DNA of 64,000 bases from assembly GCA_965248925.1 (NCBI GenBank), contig CBDFLE010000005.1, positions 1,920,001 to 1,984,000 of the forward strand. Reading direction: 5' to 3'. Below the pieces are notes generated by a model. That model was not told the DNA's origin. It did no database searches and worked only from the letters and a program-made list of their open reading frames with translations. Position numbers and translations under genes: made by a program. This document shows, piece by piece, positions 39,401 to 47,275 of the stretch. The stretch comes from Candidatus Multivoradales bacterium (GTDB lineage Bacteria; Acidobacteriota; Thermoanaerobaculia; Multivoradales; J023). Numbering within the stretch: the first letter of the stretch is position 1; every line of letters begins with the position of its first letter.

Positions 39401-41851
39401 GCTTTCGAGCAGTTGGTCGCCGGCAAGAGAGTTCGGGTCGGGCAATGGGAAACCGCCCTGGCGGAGGACTTCGGCCGTGAGTTGCGCACCGGGCAGTTCT
39501 TCATTGCCGACGTTGGCGAGCCTCGGGTCTGGCGACAGCGCAAGATCTTCGTGCCAGAAGATGACAGCTTCGTCCGCTACCTGGAGATCTTCGAAAACGT
39601 TTTGGACACCCAAGCGGTGACCTTCACCGTCGATATCGAATCCCGGCTCGGCTCTGGCTTTGACACCTTGATCGTGCAGACCTCGAGCGGTGATCCAACT
39701 TACACCGCCGAGGACGACTGGATCGTCACCGACGATCTCGACGGATTCGGCACCCCGGCCGTCGGCCACGTCTTCCACAGCGCCAACGGGCTGGTCACAC
39801 CGAGCGCAGTGTCGACTACCGCGCCGGGCTCCAACCTGGTGACCTTCACCTACGAGCTGACGGTGCCACCGAGTGGAACGGTGATTCTGATGCACTTCGG
39901 CATCCAGGCTTTCGACCGCACGACGGCGCTAGCCACCGCCGACCGCCTGATGCGCCTCGGCGGCAGCGCCCTAGATGGCTTGGCGCCGGCCGAGCGCGAC
40001 ACCATCGTCAACTTCTTCCCCTACCTGGACGCCGACTTCGACCGCCTGAGTGATGCCGACGAGGCGTTGGCCGGCACCGATCCCAACAACCCCGACACGG
40101 ACGGCGACGGCCTCAGCGACGGCTTCGAAGTCAGCAACGGTCTCGACCCACTGACCTTCTCCCTCGACGCCGACAACGACGGTCTGGAAAACGCGGACGA
40201 GATCGCCCGTGGTACCCACCCCGCGCTGCCCGACAGCGACAGCGACTTGTTGCTCGACGGCGCGGAGGTCTTCACCCACCTCACCGATCCACTGGCGCTC
40301 GACAGCGACCTCGGTGGTGTCGAAGACGGCCGCGAAGTGATCTTCGACGGCACCGATCCCCTAGATGCCAACGACGACCAGGGACCGATACAGGTCAATC
40401 AATCCGTCTTCGGCGTCGACCCAGCCCTGGCCGCCGGGCCGACCGGCAACCTGCATATTGTCTGGAAGGACATTCGCACCGGTTGCGAGGAGCTGTTCTA
40501 CAGCCTGCTCACCCCGACTGGTGAGACGCTGATCGACGACACTCAGATCACCGACGACTGCGACGACGCCAATGTCCCACGGGTCGCCAGCGACGCCACC
40601 GGCCACCTGCATGTGCTGTGGACCAACTCCGACGATCTGCGCTACCTCAAGCTCGACCCGGACCTCGACGATCAAGACGGCTCCGCATCGACCGCGGCAA
40701 CCCTACTGGTGGTGGCTCCCCAGACCGTGCTGCCACTACCGGACAACGATGGTGGCGGACCGGTCAGTGCCCCCGACACCGTGCCCACTTCGGCCAAGGT
40801 CTTCGCCTTCGAAGATGCCTTCCGCTACGACCTCGCCGCCGACGGCGCCGGCCACGTTCACATTGTCTGGCAGAACGAAGTTGCCCCCAGCGCCCCGGTT
40901 TCCTCACCGCTAGGTGTCAAAGGCGGTCCCCCCGGCGACTACGACAACGAAGTCCACTACCTGCAACTCGATACCGCGGGTATCGAAGTAGTCAGCGATC
41001 AAGAGATTTTCCTCGCCGCAGCAAGCCCCGACGGACCCGAAGGCTTCCCCGGAATCGCAATCGATGCCAGCGGCGATGTCCACCTGCTGTGGCGCGGCGA
41101 AGACCAAGACCTCGGCGGCTGGGGCATCTTCTATGCCCAACTCGCCGCCATCGATGGCGGCTTGCGGATCGCCCCCACCAACCTGACGCCCGGCGCCGAC
41201 ACGGCGATCAGCTACCCAAGCCTCGCCATACAGCCAGCTGGCGATCAGGTGGCGGTGGTGTTCGAAGATCTGGCAAGCGCGGGAGCTGAGATCTTCCTGC
41301 TACGGATCAATCCACGGCTCGACGACCGTAACGGAGACGCCGCCAACCAGGCTCAGATCACCACTCTTGGCCGCACCCTACTGACCGACGACGACGGCAA
41401 CGCCAGCGAGCGGCCGGCGGTGGCGCTCGATGCTCGCGGCGACCTGCACCTCAGCTACTTCGAAACCGTGCCAGATCCCTTCTCTACCTCAGGCGACCAG
41501 GCCGTCATCGAGCTGGCGGTATTCGATTCCTCGGGAGTGGTGAGGATTCCGGCACTGACTGCCGGCGATGCTTTCGATCCCGACGCCCGCGCGCCACGGC
41601 CCGAGCCGGCGGTCTTCGGTGTCTCCTCCGCATTGACCTGGTACGTACAAGACACCGACTTCGCCGTCGACTTCACAGTCCTGCTGCGCACCTTCCACCC
41701 CGACGCCGACGGCGATGGCCTGGGCCGGTACCTCGAGCTTGAGCTGGGCACCGATCCGACCCTCGCCGACACCGATGGCGGTGGGCGGAGCGACGGCGAC
41801 GAGGTTTTGATTGATGGCACTGACCCGCTCGATGGCGCTGATGATCTTTGA
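30422..41851 (+). CDS. Giant secreted protein (3809 aa): TSP3-like Ca-binding repeats, carboxypeptidase-regulatory-like repeats, Ig, vWA and IPT/TIG domains
   Basis: Signal peptide; five clusters of D.DGDGL.D..E...GTDP; repeated G.V.G.V...G..V.GA.V; vWA MIDAS-like LLLDHSAS and LFSDG; three RK(V/I)F(V/I)P..D.FVRYLE-type modules. Confidence 0.85.
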   Translation: MNSGNRHQLTNSGRACLLLCLLAIGSFTAPTQAQLDATCDAQLLNRSVQVNADGSFFLANVPAEEGLHRVRVHCTPDQAALNQGQSSLFRLIPNGQVTLTGIDFDNFLPIPEAIQVEVTPGVLTQVGQMVGISVTGILSDGSQVDMGRVDEGTEYWISNPRLARLITTGDQRQVLIALERGRVLVGARRDGVVGAVEVDLQIPNDADGDGMTDEFEELLGLDPNDPNDAFDDPDGDNLSNLREFELGTDIYSSDTDADGLSDGREVELGTLPNDPDTDGDGLNDGQELARGTDPLSADSDLDGIVDGLEVGLGTDPLIENATTSLIGQVRDEQDLIQAGASVIVFGRLVATTDGAGRFILDHVPADQGSVVAFARALRVVVDQEGNSMVEVLEGASAATLPRPDSFTDMGLIRVRPMSGRVSGAVLDPRGDAVAGVRVTLTLGLERRSTQADITGVFSFENLPAGSFNLEAIDGQTGLRGRALGVLPGDGEALADIQLGAFGAISGRVLDSDGETPAGPGVAIEVRTAPDQPPVEIALTDRESSYRFGFLPPGTYTLDAIDGQGNRGRTTVVIEETAQIFEADVVFLGRGVVNGVVEGASGQLLVGAAVEISSRGLFDQLLIGTSGADGRFSIAGVFVGEFDAVARDLTSNLTGSAVGEIRHQGDSEELTIVVEETASVEGRVFELDGVTPVGGAEVTVSTLGLRRSGLSAANGDYRFDGLPLDNYSLSARHPLNADCASSSVSLDAPLEVRTRDLVMHGLGTVEVTVRYADGTLAPGARVSLTSGIPCVARRSALADANGRATFNGLPTGGLEALATSPVGGLQGQIRSTLLPGEILALTVELGPSGVIFGTVFGNGGFTPAAGVEVHWRGRTVRTGIDGSYRFDWAKLSQNPHTVEANTLDRSRRARVSGILIAADGGSVRRDLVLSAVGTVTGVVRDEAGLAVANASVTVTTLAAGGPNRQVLSDVNGIYFASSVAVGDIRAEAKDGEGGFGTKSGVLSSEGQVLTLDIRLLAPTSRFASQLFDANNHRYPISVDSGGVLGGSLGIFDGDNGENRDAMLLEIGQGGIFHRFDAASSVLSSTGREVVLEGGDPSGLVVTRKVFIPLDGYFVRYLEVLFNPSPQPITVDVRVDSFFEFLTNVRNGAAFFDPLTLVSTSNGDQRLLVGAAAPTGTEVDRWLVLEAISQSANGPVFDALYPTFGYLFQGPGAALGIDRLTYETDFAGRFSRLRSQWNQLTVLPGDSITLMHFATQQTSIEAATASQERLLSLPPEGLAGLTAGELQTLANFAPPPGGSSLLDPLPALDGGITGTVLEGDGSSRVANAEVRYRSTSPFFGRLLEVEADAAGDYTLTTSEAINNGNRRVIPRVSFRVDATNPDTRGVSPAYAGDFPAGGPSTQQDIVFVDTSLVEGTVRRADGNVVSFGDVVLRARQQLINVARPVPGDGRFEFNGLPPEVYSLVASQPHPQGTALRTAGSALVSTGGQRVLADLTMPPTGGVEGIVRTGDGFPGVGLELALRGPDFGRFTTSDSGGQYRFLDVPAGVYTLRGIEPITRIATEIPLDLVAGSVLQLDLQLFALGSVIVEAQLSDGTPAVGSEVRIQIAVLGSGFVAAGTTDATGKLRIDDVPVGNLTVRVLHPQNPFLAIDESALLSTGGGTLTVPVELPIDQPPAIEMVLPVAGSVVAPGNLLTLQAAAADLVGLSRVDFLVNGTEVGSDTTAPYRIVYRVVEPPTTILSISAIARDNGINSAQAVPVAVTVGADSTPPTVTLTAPADGASAIEGSRVILSANATDGGAVARVEFRIDGVLLEIVQNAPYSSALDLDPNLAPSGPVAVTLTATAFDFAGNSSSDSRTLTVLSDQGPSIAIVSAPASGSVLTEGELVRFEVDASDDRGAEVELRINGEVLQTRPYQPFRFDFTVPSPSELASPFEVVFIARDERGQTASTPAIQLQIASDEPPTVAITSPAAGLLATEGELLQIAASASDDLGVVSVAFFLDQEAIGELTEEPYELELRLPAGEAGNLALRAIATDTTGQTREATITLVRQDDSVAPTVSLISPLDGTTLPVGFSDLILLLDHSASNATAAGFDLDGDGSDDKVSRVQVIAARALLQQLDASTSRVALVRMLAGAAAEGGLTNDFASIDLRLEQLLPGLTSGHASFTAGLEVARDQLTSLAAQRTARPLIVLFSDGQGGIFPTEIIERLIAHDAVVHTVAVGATADPEVLEQIALATGGTASLLATTTDLATMLATIGRLGLAQLTVEAEATDDIALREVTFRVTGGGLDQSLVLEQPPYLTALPLPEFAAPTDLTLTAEARDFGDNLALSAATQVTVTPVDSSPDLTILLPDRGIAGDTITLLGRYFSRVANAHSVRFDGLLATVTSASKFELQVTVPGGVRSGLVTVTLDGLTTAGLRFELDSDFDGLSDEEEAALGTDPTNPDSDGDGLSDGAEVDEHGTDPLAADSDSDGMDDGFEIAQGFDPNDPADAGGDPDGDGLSNVREFQAGSDPFDPDTDGDTLTDGDEVDLYGTDPTLRDTDGGGREDQQEIADGTDPLDPSDDVFDLPVVLIDGGGFDWDLVRGGLIHHGLNDAFDLAFIRIVNNLTPCLGFGPSACRRSAAFEDGGREIILSRHEHSGEPGLFYSRKVFVPEDDRFVRYLEIIDNETAAAKEVTVRIKSTVGTSFLTQRVATSSGAVDFGVRDRWIVTDDEDLTGSPAVAFVFAGVTTRTLPSRVFTNAPGNDAIEYSVTFTVPAGERRLMMHFGVQAIEQVTATAQAERVSRLEGSTLDGLSATEQAQIVNFFAYPDADLDHLADADEPVLGTDPLNPDSDGDSLLDGFEVEFGFDPLVADDPTADPDSDGLSNFDEQAALGDPTNPDTDGDGLDDGQEVANGSETALRDTDADGLDDGPEVLTHGTDPTAFDTDGGGLGDGDEIDRGKDPLDPTDDIFEVALPLVLTDGDGFEWDIQQHGGQYAGTEGAFTGSSTPFIFDGAFEQLVAGKRVRVGQWETALAEDFGRELRTGQFFIADVGEPRVWRQRKIFVPEDDSFVRYLEIFENVLDTQAVTFTVDIESRLGSGFDTLIVQTSSGDPTYTAEDDWIVTDDLDGFGTPAVGHVFHSANGLVTPSAVSTTAPGSNLVTFTYELTVPPSGTVILMHFGIQAFDRTTALATADRLMRLGGSALDGLAPAERDTIVNFFPYLDADFDRLSDADEALAGTDPNNPDTDGDGLSDGFEVSNGLDPLTFSLDADNDGLENADEIARGTHPALPDSDSDLLLDGAEVFTHLTDPLALDSDLGGVEDGREVIFDGTDPLDANDDQGPIQVNQSVFGVDPALAAGPTGNLHIVWKDIRTGCEELFYSLLTPTGETLIDDTQITDDCDDANVPRVASDATGHLHVLWTNSDDLRYLKLDPDLDDQDGSASTAATLLVVAPQTVLPLPDNDGGGPVSAPDTVPTSAKVFAFEDAFRYDLAADGAGHVHIVWQNEVAPSAPVSSPLGVKGGPPGDYDNEVHYLQLDTAGIEVVSDQEIFLAAASPDGPEGFPGIAIDASGDVHLLWRGEDQDLGGWGIFYAQLAAIDGGLRIAPTNLTPGADTAISYPSLAIQPAGDQVAVVFEDLASAGAEIFLLRINPRLDDRNGDAANQAQITTLGRTLLTDDDGNASERPAVALDARGDLHLSYFETVPDPFSTSGDQAVIELAVFDSSGVVRIPALTAGDAFDPDARAPRPEPAVFGVSSALTWYVQDTDFAVDFTVLLRTFHPDADGDGLGRYLELELGTDPTLADTDGGGRSDGDEVLIDGTDPLDGADDL

Positions 41852-41854
41852 GCT

Positions 41855-42314
41855 TGTCGGTGATCAGTGATCAGGCGATTCGGCCCTTGGCCCTGTGCCT
41901 TCAATAGCTTCCGAAAGAAGCGTTTAGCTGCACGGCTATGATGCCGAGACTGGACCAAGAGATCAATTGTGTCCCCATCTTGATCGACAGCTCGCCACAA
42001 GTACTGCTGCCTGCCCTGGATCTTTACGAACACTTCGTCAAGGTACCCAAAGTCACCGAGCCGCCCTTCTTCCGCTTCAGCCGGCGAGTGTAGGCGCAGC
42101 CGAACTTGCCGCACCACTGACGAATCGTCTAGTAGGATAAAGTGACGCCACGCTCAGCGCGCAGATCTTCGACGTCGCGGAAGCTCTGGCAGAAGCGATA
42201 GTAGAGCTAGACGGCGTGGCTGTTGTCTCGGGCGGGAAACGGTAGCCTCGGTAGGTCGGAGCGGGCTCGTTTATGGAGCTACTCTGCCACTCCGAGGCTC
42301 GACCTGACAGTACC
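41855..42314 (-). mobile_element. IS6 family element remnant (frameshifted, 3' truncated)
   Basis: YRGYRFPPE; DEVFVKIQGRQQYLWRAVDQDG...LITD; IS6-type end GGTACTGTCAGGTC on the minus strand from 42314. Confidence 0.85.
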
Positions 42315-42372
42315 CTATGAACCGTACTCATGTGGCGATACCGCGAGTTCACAGTTGAGAGGTAATTGCATC

Positions 42373-43854
42373 ATGCCCAACGATTATAGATTTCGAGTTC
42401 CGAGAAGGATCTGTCTGATCATGCTGCCGTTGCTGCTGTGGGTAGCGCCGACAAACGCCGACGGACACATTCACAGTCCGTTGGCAGATCTCGGTCGCGC
42501 ACCGGCCGGCCATCCCCTCGCCAGCACCTCGGCCATGCAGGGTGGCACGTCGACGCTCCTCGTCTTCGAGGAGCACGACTTCGTGAATCCACTCACCGGC
42601 GGCGTCGCGTGGGAAACAAGCCTGAACGCCGACGTGCTCTCGATGGAGTGGGCTTTCGTCGGGGTCAGCGATGTGCTCCCTCTCTGCGCCGGCACTTTCG
42701 ACTGGCCGATGGTCGACGATTTCCTCGAAACCGTGGCGTCTCGAGGGCACCAGGCGATCCTCCGTCCCGTATTCTTCGGGCCAGGCTATGGCCTTGGTAA
42801 CTACGCGCCCGCCGACCTCCCCGTCGCCGACTTCAACTATGACGGCAACACCTTCGACAACCCCCGGTGGGACCTGGTGGCAACACAGGACTGCGTCTTG
42901 AAGTTCATCGACGCATTCGCAATACGCTACAAGAGTGACCTGCGAGTGGCCTACATCCAGATGGGGTTGGTCGGGCTGTGGGGTGAGCACCACCTTGACG
43001 GCGGGCCCTACACGGCCTCCAACTTCCCCTCCGTGGCATTCCAAAAGACCATGATCAGCCGCTACCTGGTGGGATTCGGTAGCACTTCGTCCGACCTGCT
43101 CTCTTCCCTCTCGCTCGACTCGGCCCAGGAGCACGGCTTCTTCGGCACGGCTGACACTTCATTCGACGCCGAGCGAGTCGGTTTCTTCGATGACAGTCTG
43201 CTCATCGCGAACCACGGTGCCCCGGACAACTGGCGGCAGCAGCCTCACCCGGCCGAGCAGCTCTCCCTGCACAAGCGCCACGGGTGGGGCGGAGAGGCTT
43301 TCTGGGAGGGATGCAACGAGAACGGCTCCTGGGTCCTCCAGCCAACCGACTGCGGCAACGGCGAAAGCCTCGGAGCGCAGGCAGAACGCATCGGCCTGAA
43401 CTACATGTTGGGGCACGCTGCCTTCGACAATGGTTTGTACTCCTCCGGGGACCTCCTAGCGGCCTCGCAGATGATGGGTTACAAGTTTACCGCCACGGGG
43501 GCAGTGCGGCAGGACGCCGGCCATCTCGCGATCACCGTCGAAAACACTGGCGCCGCCTATTGCCCGTACAAGGCGGAGGTATGCGCGGAGCAAGGCTGCG
43601 GCGGCGACCTTTCGACCCTCGCACCAGGGACCGACGTTGTGGTCTCCGTGCCCACCTCCGCCTCGGCGTCGCAAGTCCTCTTCTTAACCTCTCCACGCCT
43701 CGACCCGACCGGCCCGTTGAAGATCCGCTGGAGCAACGCGGGCGCAGACGGCGCTGCGGGCACACTCACCGTGGTTGTCGATGCCGCGGAGCTGATCTTC
43801 GCCGACGGCTTCGAGTCGGGCTCGACGAACGTCTGGTCGACCACGACGCCCTGA
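42373..43854 (+). CDS. Secreted putative glycoside hydrolase (DUF4832-like TIM barrel) with C-terminal IFADGFES tail
   Basis: Signal peptide; YIQMGLVGLWGEHH, GFFDDS, WGGE; start taken at ATG 42373 (ORF track starts at 42223). Confidence 0.65.
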   Translation: MPNDYRFRVPRRICLIMLPLLLWVAPTNADGHIHSPLADLGRAPAGHPLASTSAMQGGTSTLLVFEEHDFVNPLTGGVAWETSLNADVLSMEWAFVGVSDVLPLCAGTFDWPMVDDFLETVASRGHQAILRPVFFGPGYGLGNYAPADLPVADFNYDGNTFDNPRWDLVATQDCVLKFIDAFAIRYKSDLRVAYIQMGLVGLWGEHHLDGGPYTASNFPSVAFQKTMISRYLVGFGSTSSDLLSSLSLDSAQEHGFFGTADTSFDAERVGFFDDSLLIANHGAPDNWRQQPHPAEQLSLHKRHGWGGEAFWEGCNENGSWVLQPTDCGNGESLGAQAERIGLNYMLGHAAFDNGLYSSGDLLAASQMMGYKFTATGAVRQDAGHLAITVENTGAAYCPYKAEVCAEQGCGGDLSTLAPGTDVVVSVPTSASASQVLFLTSPRLDPTGPLKIRWSNAGADGAAGTLTVVVDAAELIFADGFESGSTNVWSTTTP

Positions 43855-44059
43855 GAAGGGATCGCCTCCTTCCCACCCACGTCGCACCGTAGAGAGCCAA
43901 CTTGCGCATGGCAATCGCCAGAATCGTTTTGATTGCCCGCAGGCTCAGGGTGCCATGCACCATCGAAGCTGGACAGTCGATCAGGACACCTGTCATAGGC
44001 AAATACTTGAACTTCTGCGATTTCAGTCACTCGGCAGCGCCTAAAGATCCCGTAGAACC

Positions 44060-44419
44060 TCATCCCCCCTCTGGCAGATCCAGCCCCCGCCGCTCCGCCC
44101 TCTTCGCCATGACATGCTCAAACACCCGAGCAAACGCCCCAAGCTGCGCCAGCCCTTCTTGACCCGCCTTCCTGTCCTTCCCCGGTACAGCCCCGAAAGC
44201 CCGACTCACAGCCACTAGCACCAAGACAAGCCCAAGGTCGATGCCGCCATCGAGCATGCACATATCGCAAACAGCATCGTCATCTCGAAAGCCGACCGGC
44301 CCAGCCCCCGTCGGAACTCCGCATGTTGTGCACTCCTCCCCCGCTTCGTCGGCGATCCGGATACTGTAGAAGTGCTGCGGTTCGCCTGCCTCGGAAGTCG
44401 TCTTCGATTCTGCTGTCAT
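44060..44419 (-). CDS. Hypothetical protein with two CxxC motifs
   Basis: GAGGAG RBS before MTAESK; CTTC and CDMC. Confidence 0.5.
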   Translation of the reverse strand: MTAESKTTSEAGEPQHFYSIRIADEAGEECTTCGVPTGAGPVGFRDDDAVCDMCMLDGGIDLGLVLVLVAVSRAFGAVPGKDRKAGQEGLAQLGAFARVFEHVMAKRAERRGLDLPEGG

Positions 44420-44640
44420 GGCGTCGCTCCTCTCGCAAGATCTACTTCGGCACAAGACCCAACTCGACCAGCCGAGCGAGGCCCAACGAGCAGGCTCCAA
44501 AGCGCCTACCCAGCCGAAATGTGAGAGGAGTAAGTACCCAGGGGAGCAGCCGGATGTCAACAGGAGCAGCTCGTAACTGCTGATTCTAGGAGCTTTGCGC
44601 TCCACCTACGCTGTACTACAGCTACAGCGCTTTTTCAACC

Positions 44641-44903
44641 GGTTGCTCATGGGTTGCTCACACTTCAGCACTCACTACCGAGAGGTAAATAAACTATTTT
44701 GAAATCAATACGTTACAGAAACACCTTCTCCCCCGCTTAGGTCTCTGTCCCGGAACCACCGCGCCCTACGCGGCACTACGCCACTCCACGCCAGACTACG
44801 CTAAAGCGTTGACATTCAAGGACTTACCTACTTATGGTAGGTACATGGTCAACACTGGTCTACGCCACAATACTCGTTCACTTGGTTGCTCCACGGTTGC
44901 TCA
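44641..44903. other. Putative att site of a tyrosine-integrase element (arm repeats, IHF sites, 10-bp phased repeats)
   Basis: GGTTGCTC pairs at 44641/44652 and 44884/44895; IHF consensus AATCAATACGTTA at 44703-44715; directly upstream of the integrase. Confidence 0.6.
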
Positions 44904-44960
44904 AAGCCCCTGGGAACCCAAACGTGGGTGCCCTGGCAAGGGCCTCCTGGGAGGCCAGCC

Positions 44961-45257
44961 ATGAAAGTCCGGATCAACAAACGGGCCGTCGATCTCGCCA
45001 CCTACCAAGGCCCTGGTGGCTGCTACCTCTGGGATGATCTGATGCCAGCCTTCGGCCTGCGGATCTACCCGACCGGCGCCAAGTCATTCGTGGTCAGCTA
45101 CTGGAGCAAGGGACGGCGGCGATTCTTCACCCTCGGCCGCTACGGCCAGATGACCGTTCAGCAGGCTCGCGATGAAGCCCAGCAGGTCTTCGCACAGGTT
45201 CGGAAGGGCGAAGATCCTTCAACGAGTCGCCGAGCGGATCGCCACGCACCGACTGTC
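44961..45257 (+). pseudogene. Tyrosine integrase, N-terminal arm-binding domain only (disrupted)
   Basis: LWDDLMPAFGLRIYPTGAKSFVVSY...[21 protein letters not shown]...GEDP; GGAGG RBS; catalytic part absent. Confidence 0.85.
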
Positions 45258-45259
45258 TG

Positions 45260-47275
45260 ATCGGGTGGCCCCGGGCGGTTACCCACCAGGGGCTCCCACA
45301 GATCCGGACGTGCGGGACTACCGCATCCGGCTCCTCGAATCACAGTTTCGCTACGCGCAGCACCGAGTGGACCGCCACCGGCCCAGGAAGCGGGTTGCGC
45401 TTCAGAAGCCCCTGACGGAACTTCCTCAGCGTCAGACCTGACCTCTGAGATCGGCGGTTGAGCCACTTGAACCAGATCATCTTGACCCGGTCGGCAAAGA
45501 GCGCCAGCGCTATCGAGTTTCCTGTGATGCCGTAGTAAGCATAGTGGCCTCGCAGCTTGAGTGCGAGCAGAGCTCGCTGCCACGGGACCGGCGCATGCCT
45601 ATACCGACGACACCACATCGAGATCCTCTTCAGCGCACGACGAAATCGATCCTTGGCTGTCTTGCGCTTGACCACCCAGTTTCCCCGTCGAGATCGGCCC
45701 CAGAAGTGGGTGAACCCCAGGAGATCAAAGGTCTCCGGGCGCTCGCCTCCCTTGGGCCGTGCTCGATGATGGGGACGCTGGAACCGGACGAGGCGCGTCT
45801 TCTCCGGATGGAGCGTCAAACCGAAACGGTCGAGCCGCTTCGGCAGAACCGCCAGAACTCGCCGCGCATCCTGCTCGTCCGTGAAGACCAGCAGAGCGTC
45901 ATCGGCGTAGCGGATCAGAAACGCCCTACCCCGGAGACGAGGCTTGACCACCTCCTCGAACCACTTGTCGAGCACTTCGTGCAGGTACAAGTTGGCCAAA
46001 ATCGGTGAGATCACCCCGCCTTGTGGACTGCCTCGATCCGAGTGGACCACGCTCCCCTTCTCCATCACACCCGCCTTGAGCCACTTGTCGATCGCCCGTC
46101 GTAGCACTCCATCGCGTACCCTCTGGTCCAAGAAACCTCGAAGGTGTGCGGGCACCAGAGCATCGAAGAAGCCCTGAATGTCCATGTCCAGAACCCAGCC
46201 CCCACCGTGATTCATCAAGCCTTTCCATAGAACGTCCAGCGCCTGATGCGCAGAGCGGCCGGGCCGAAACCCATATGAGCAGTCCAAGAAGTCCTGCTCA
46301 TAGACCGCCGACAGCACCATCGCCACGGCTCTCTGAAGGACTTTGTCCTCGAAGGTGGGAATCCCGATCGGCCGGGTCTTCGACCCATCGCCTTTCGGAA
46401 TGTAGTGACGCCGCACGGGCGGTGCGCGGTAACTGCTCGAACGGAAGCGTTCTAGCAAAGACCGGAGGTTGTCCTCCAGATTCTCCGCATAGTCCGACGC
46501 CGTCTGACCATCCACGCCCACCGCACCGTCCTTCCGCGTTCGCCGATAGGCTTCCCGCAGAAAGTCGACATCAATGTAGTAGGCCAGGCTCGTCAGCACA
46601 CGATCCGGTGCCTCCTGAGCCAGCTTTGTTATCCGCTGAAGTCGCGTTGAGATGTTCCCGAGATCCGATGCTCTCGCCATCTTTCCCCCCAACGGGTCAG
46701 TGATTCGGTGCCCCCTTCCCTCCACCGGGTCCCGTGGGCGGGTTCCCCGGCTTCACCGGTACTATGAGGCACTCTGACTCCCTGTCGTCCATCCCGCCGC
46801 ACTTCGTTGCCTTCGCTTGGCGGTACCAGATTGCGCTTCTCTCGTTCGCTCCCGCGGGGAGCCGAGCGCGGGCTTCCGCGGGCCTGGACTGTTGATTCCC
46901 CGGTGCCCATCAACCGGCGTTTCGATCTGGAGACGACAGGGCCTCCCAGGTTCCTGGGTAACCCTCGTGTGCTCATGCCCTGCTCATCGACCCCGGCAGC
47001 GCCTCTTCCACCTGGCCAAGACGGTGGAGAGATCCTGTCTTCCGCAGAGACAATTACGTCGACCGCCGCAACAACAATTTGATATCGGGGCTCCATCACA
47101 CAGCCTGAGCACTCGCTGTCTACGCTTCGCAGCCCGCATCGCTACGGCACCACGCAAGACTCGCTTCCAGCTGGTGGCCAACCTTTGCTGGGCAGGATTC
47201 CCACCTGCCGGGTTACGTCGTGAGGTTTCAATGATCTAAATCTTGTCCTCCTCACCCAGGCTTGGCCTGGCGCAC
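45260..47275 (-). mobile_element. Group II intron
   Basis: 5' end GTGCGCCAGG at 47275; domain V GAGCCGGATGCGGTAGTCCCGCACGTCCGGATC and domain VI ending CCACCCGAT at 45260; encodes an RT. Confidence 0.9.
45340..46680 (-). CDS. ltrA: Group II intron reverse transcriptase/maturase (no endonuclease domain)
   Basis: [50 protein letters not shown], maturase X domain; ATG 46680 after GGGGGA. Confidence 0.95.
   Translation of the reverse strand: MARASDLGNISTRLQRITKLAQEAPDRVLTSLAYYIDVDFLREAYRRTRKDGAVGVDGQTASDYAENLEDNLRSLLERFRSSSYRAPPVRRHYIPKGDGSKTRPIGIPTFEDKVLQRAVAMVLSAVYEQDFLDCSYGFRPGRSAHQALDVLWKGLMNHGGGWVLDMDIQGFFDALVPAHLRGFLDQRVRDGVLRRAIDKWLKAGVMEKGSVVHSDRGSPQGGVISPILANLYLHEVLDKWFEEVVKPRLRGRAFLIRYADDALLVFTDEQDARRVLAVLPKRLDRFGLTLHPEKTRLVRFQRPHHRARPKGGERPETFDLLGFTHFWGRSRRGNWVVKRKTAKDRFRRALKRISMWCRRYRHAPVPWQRALLALKLRGHYAYYGITGNSIALALFADRVKMIWFKWLNRRSQRSGLTLRKFRQGLLKRNPLPGPVAVHSVLRVAKL

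Noticed and set aside
41455-41851. Fusion of the IS6 transposase with a 220-aa ORF tail
   Set aside because: The truncated IS6 frame simply reads on antisense into the giant gene
44741-44758. Complete tRNA gene
   Set aside because: Only a CCA-ending fragment; no TTCGA loop or cloverleaf
45340-46680. Retron, DGR or defence RT
   Set aside because: Clear group II intron ends, domains V/VI and maturase domain; no template/variable repeat pair seen
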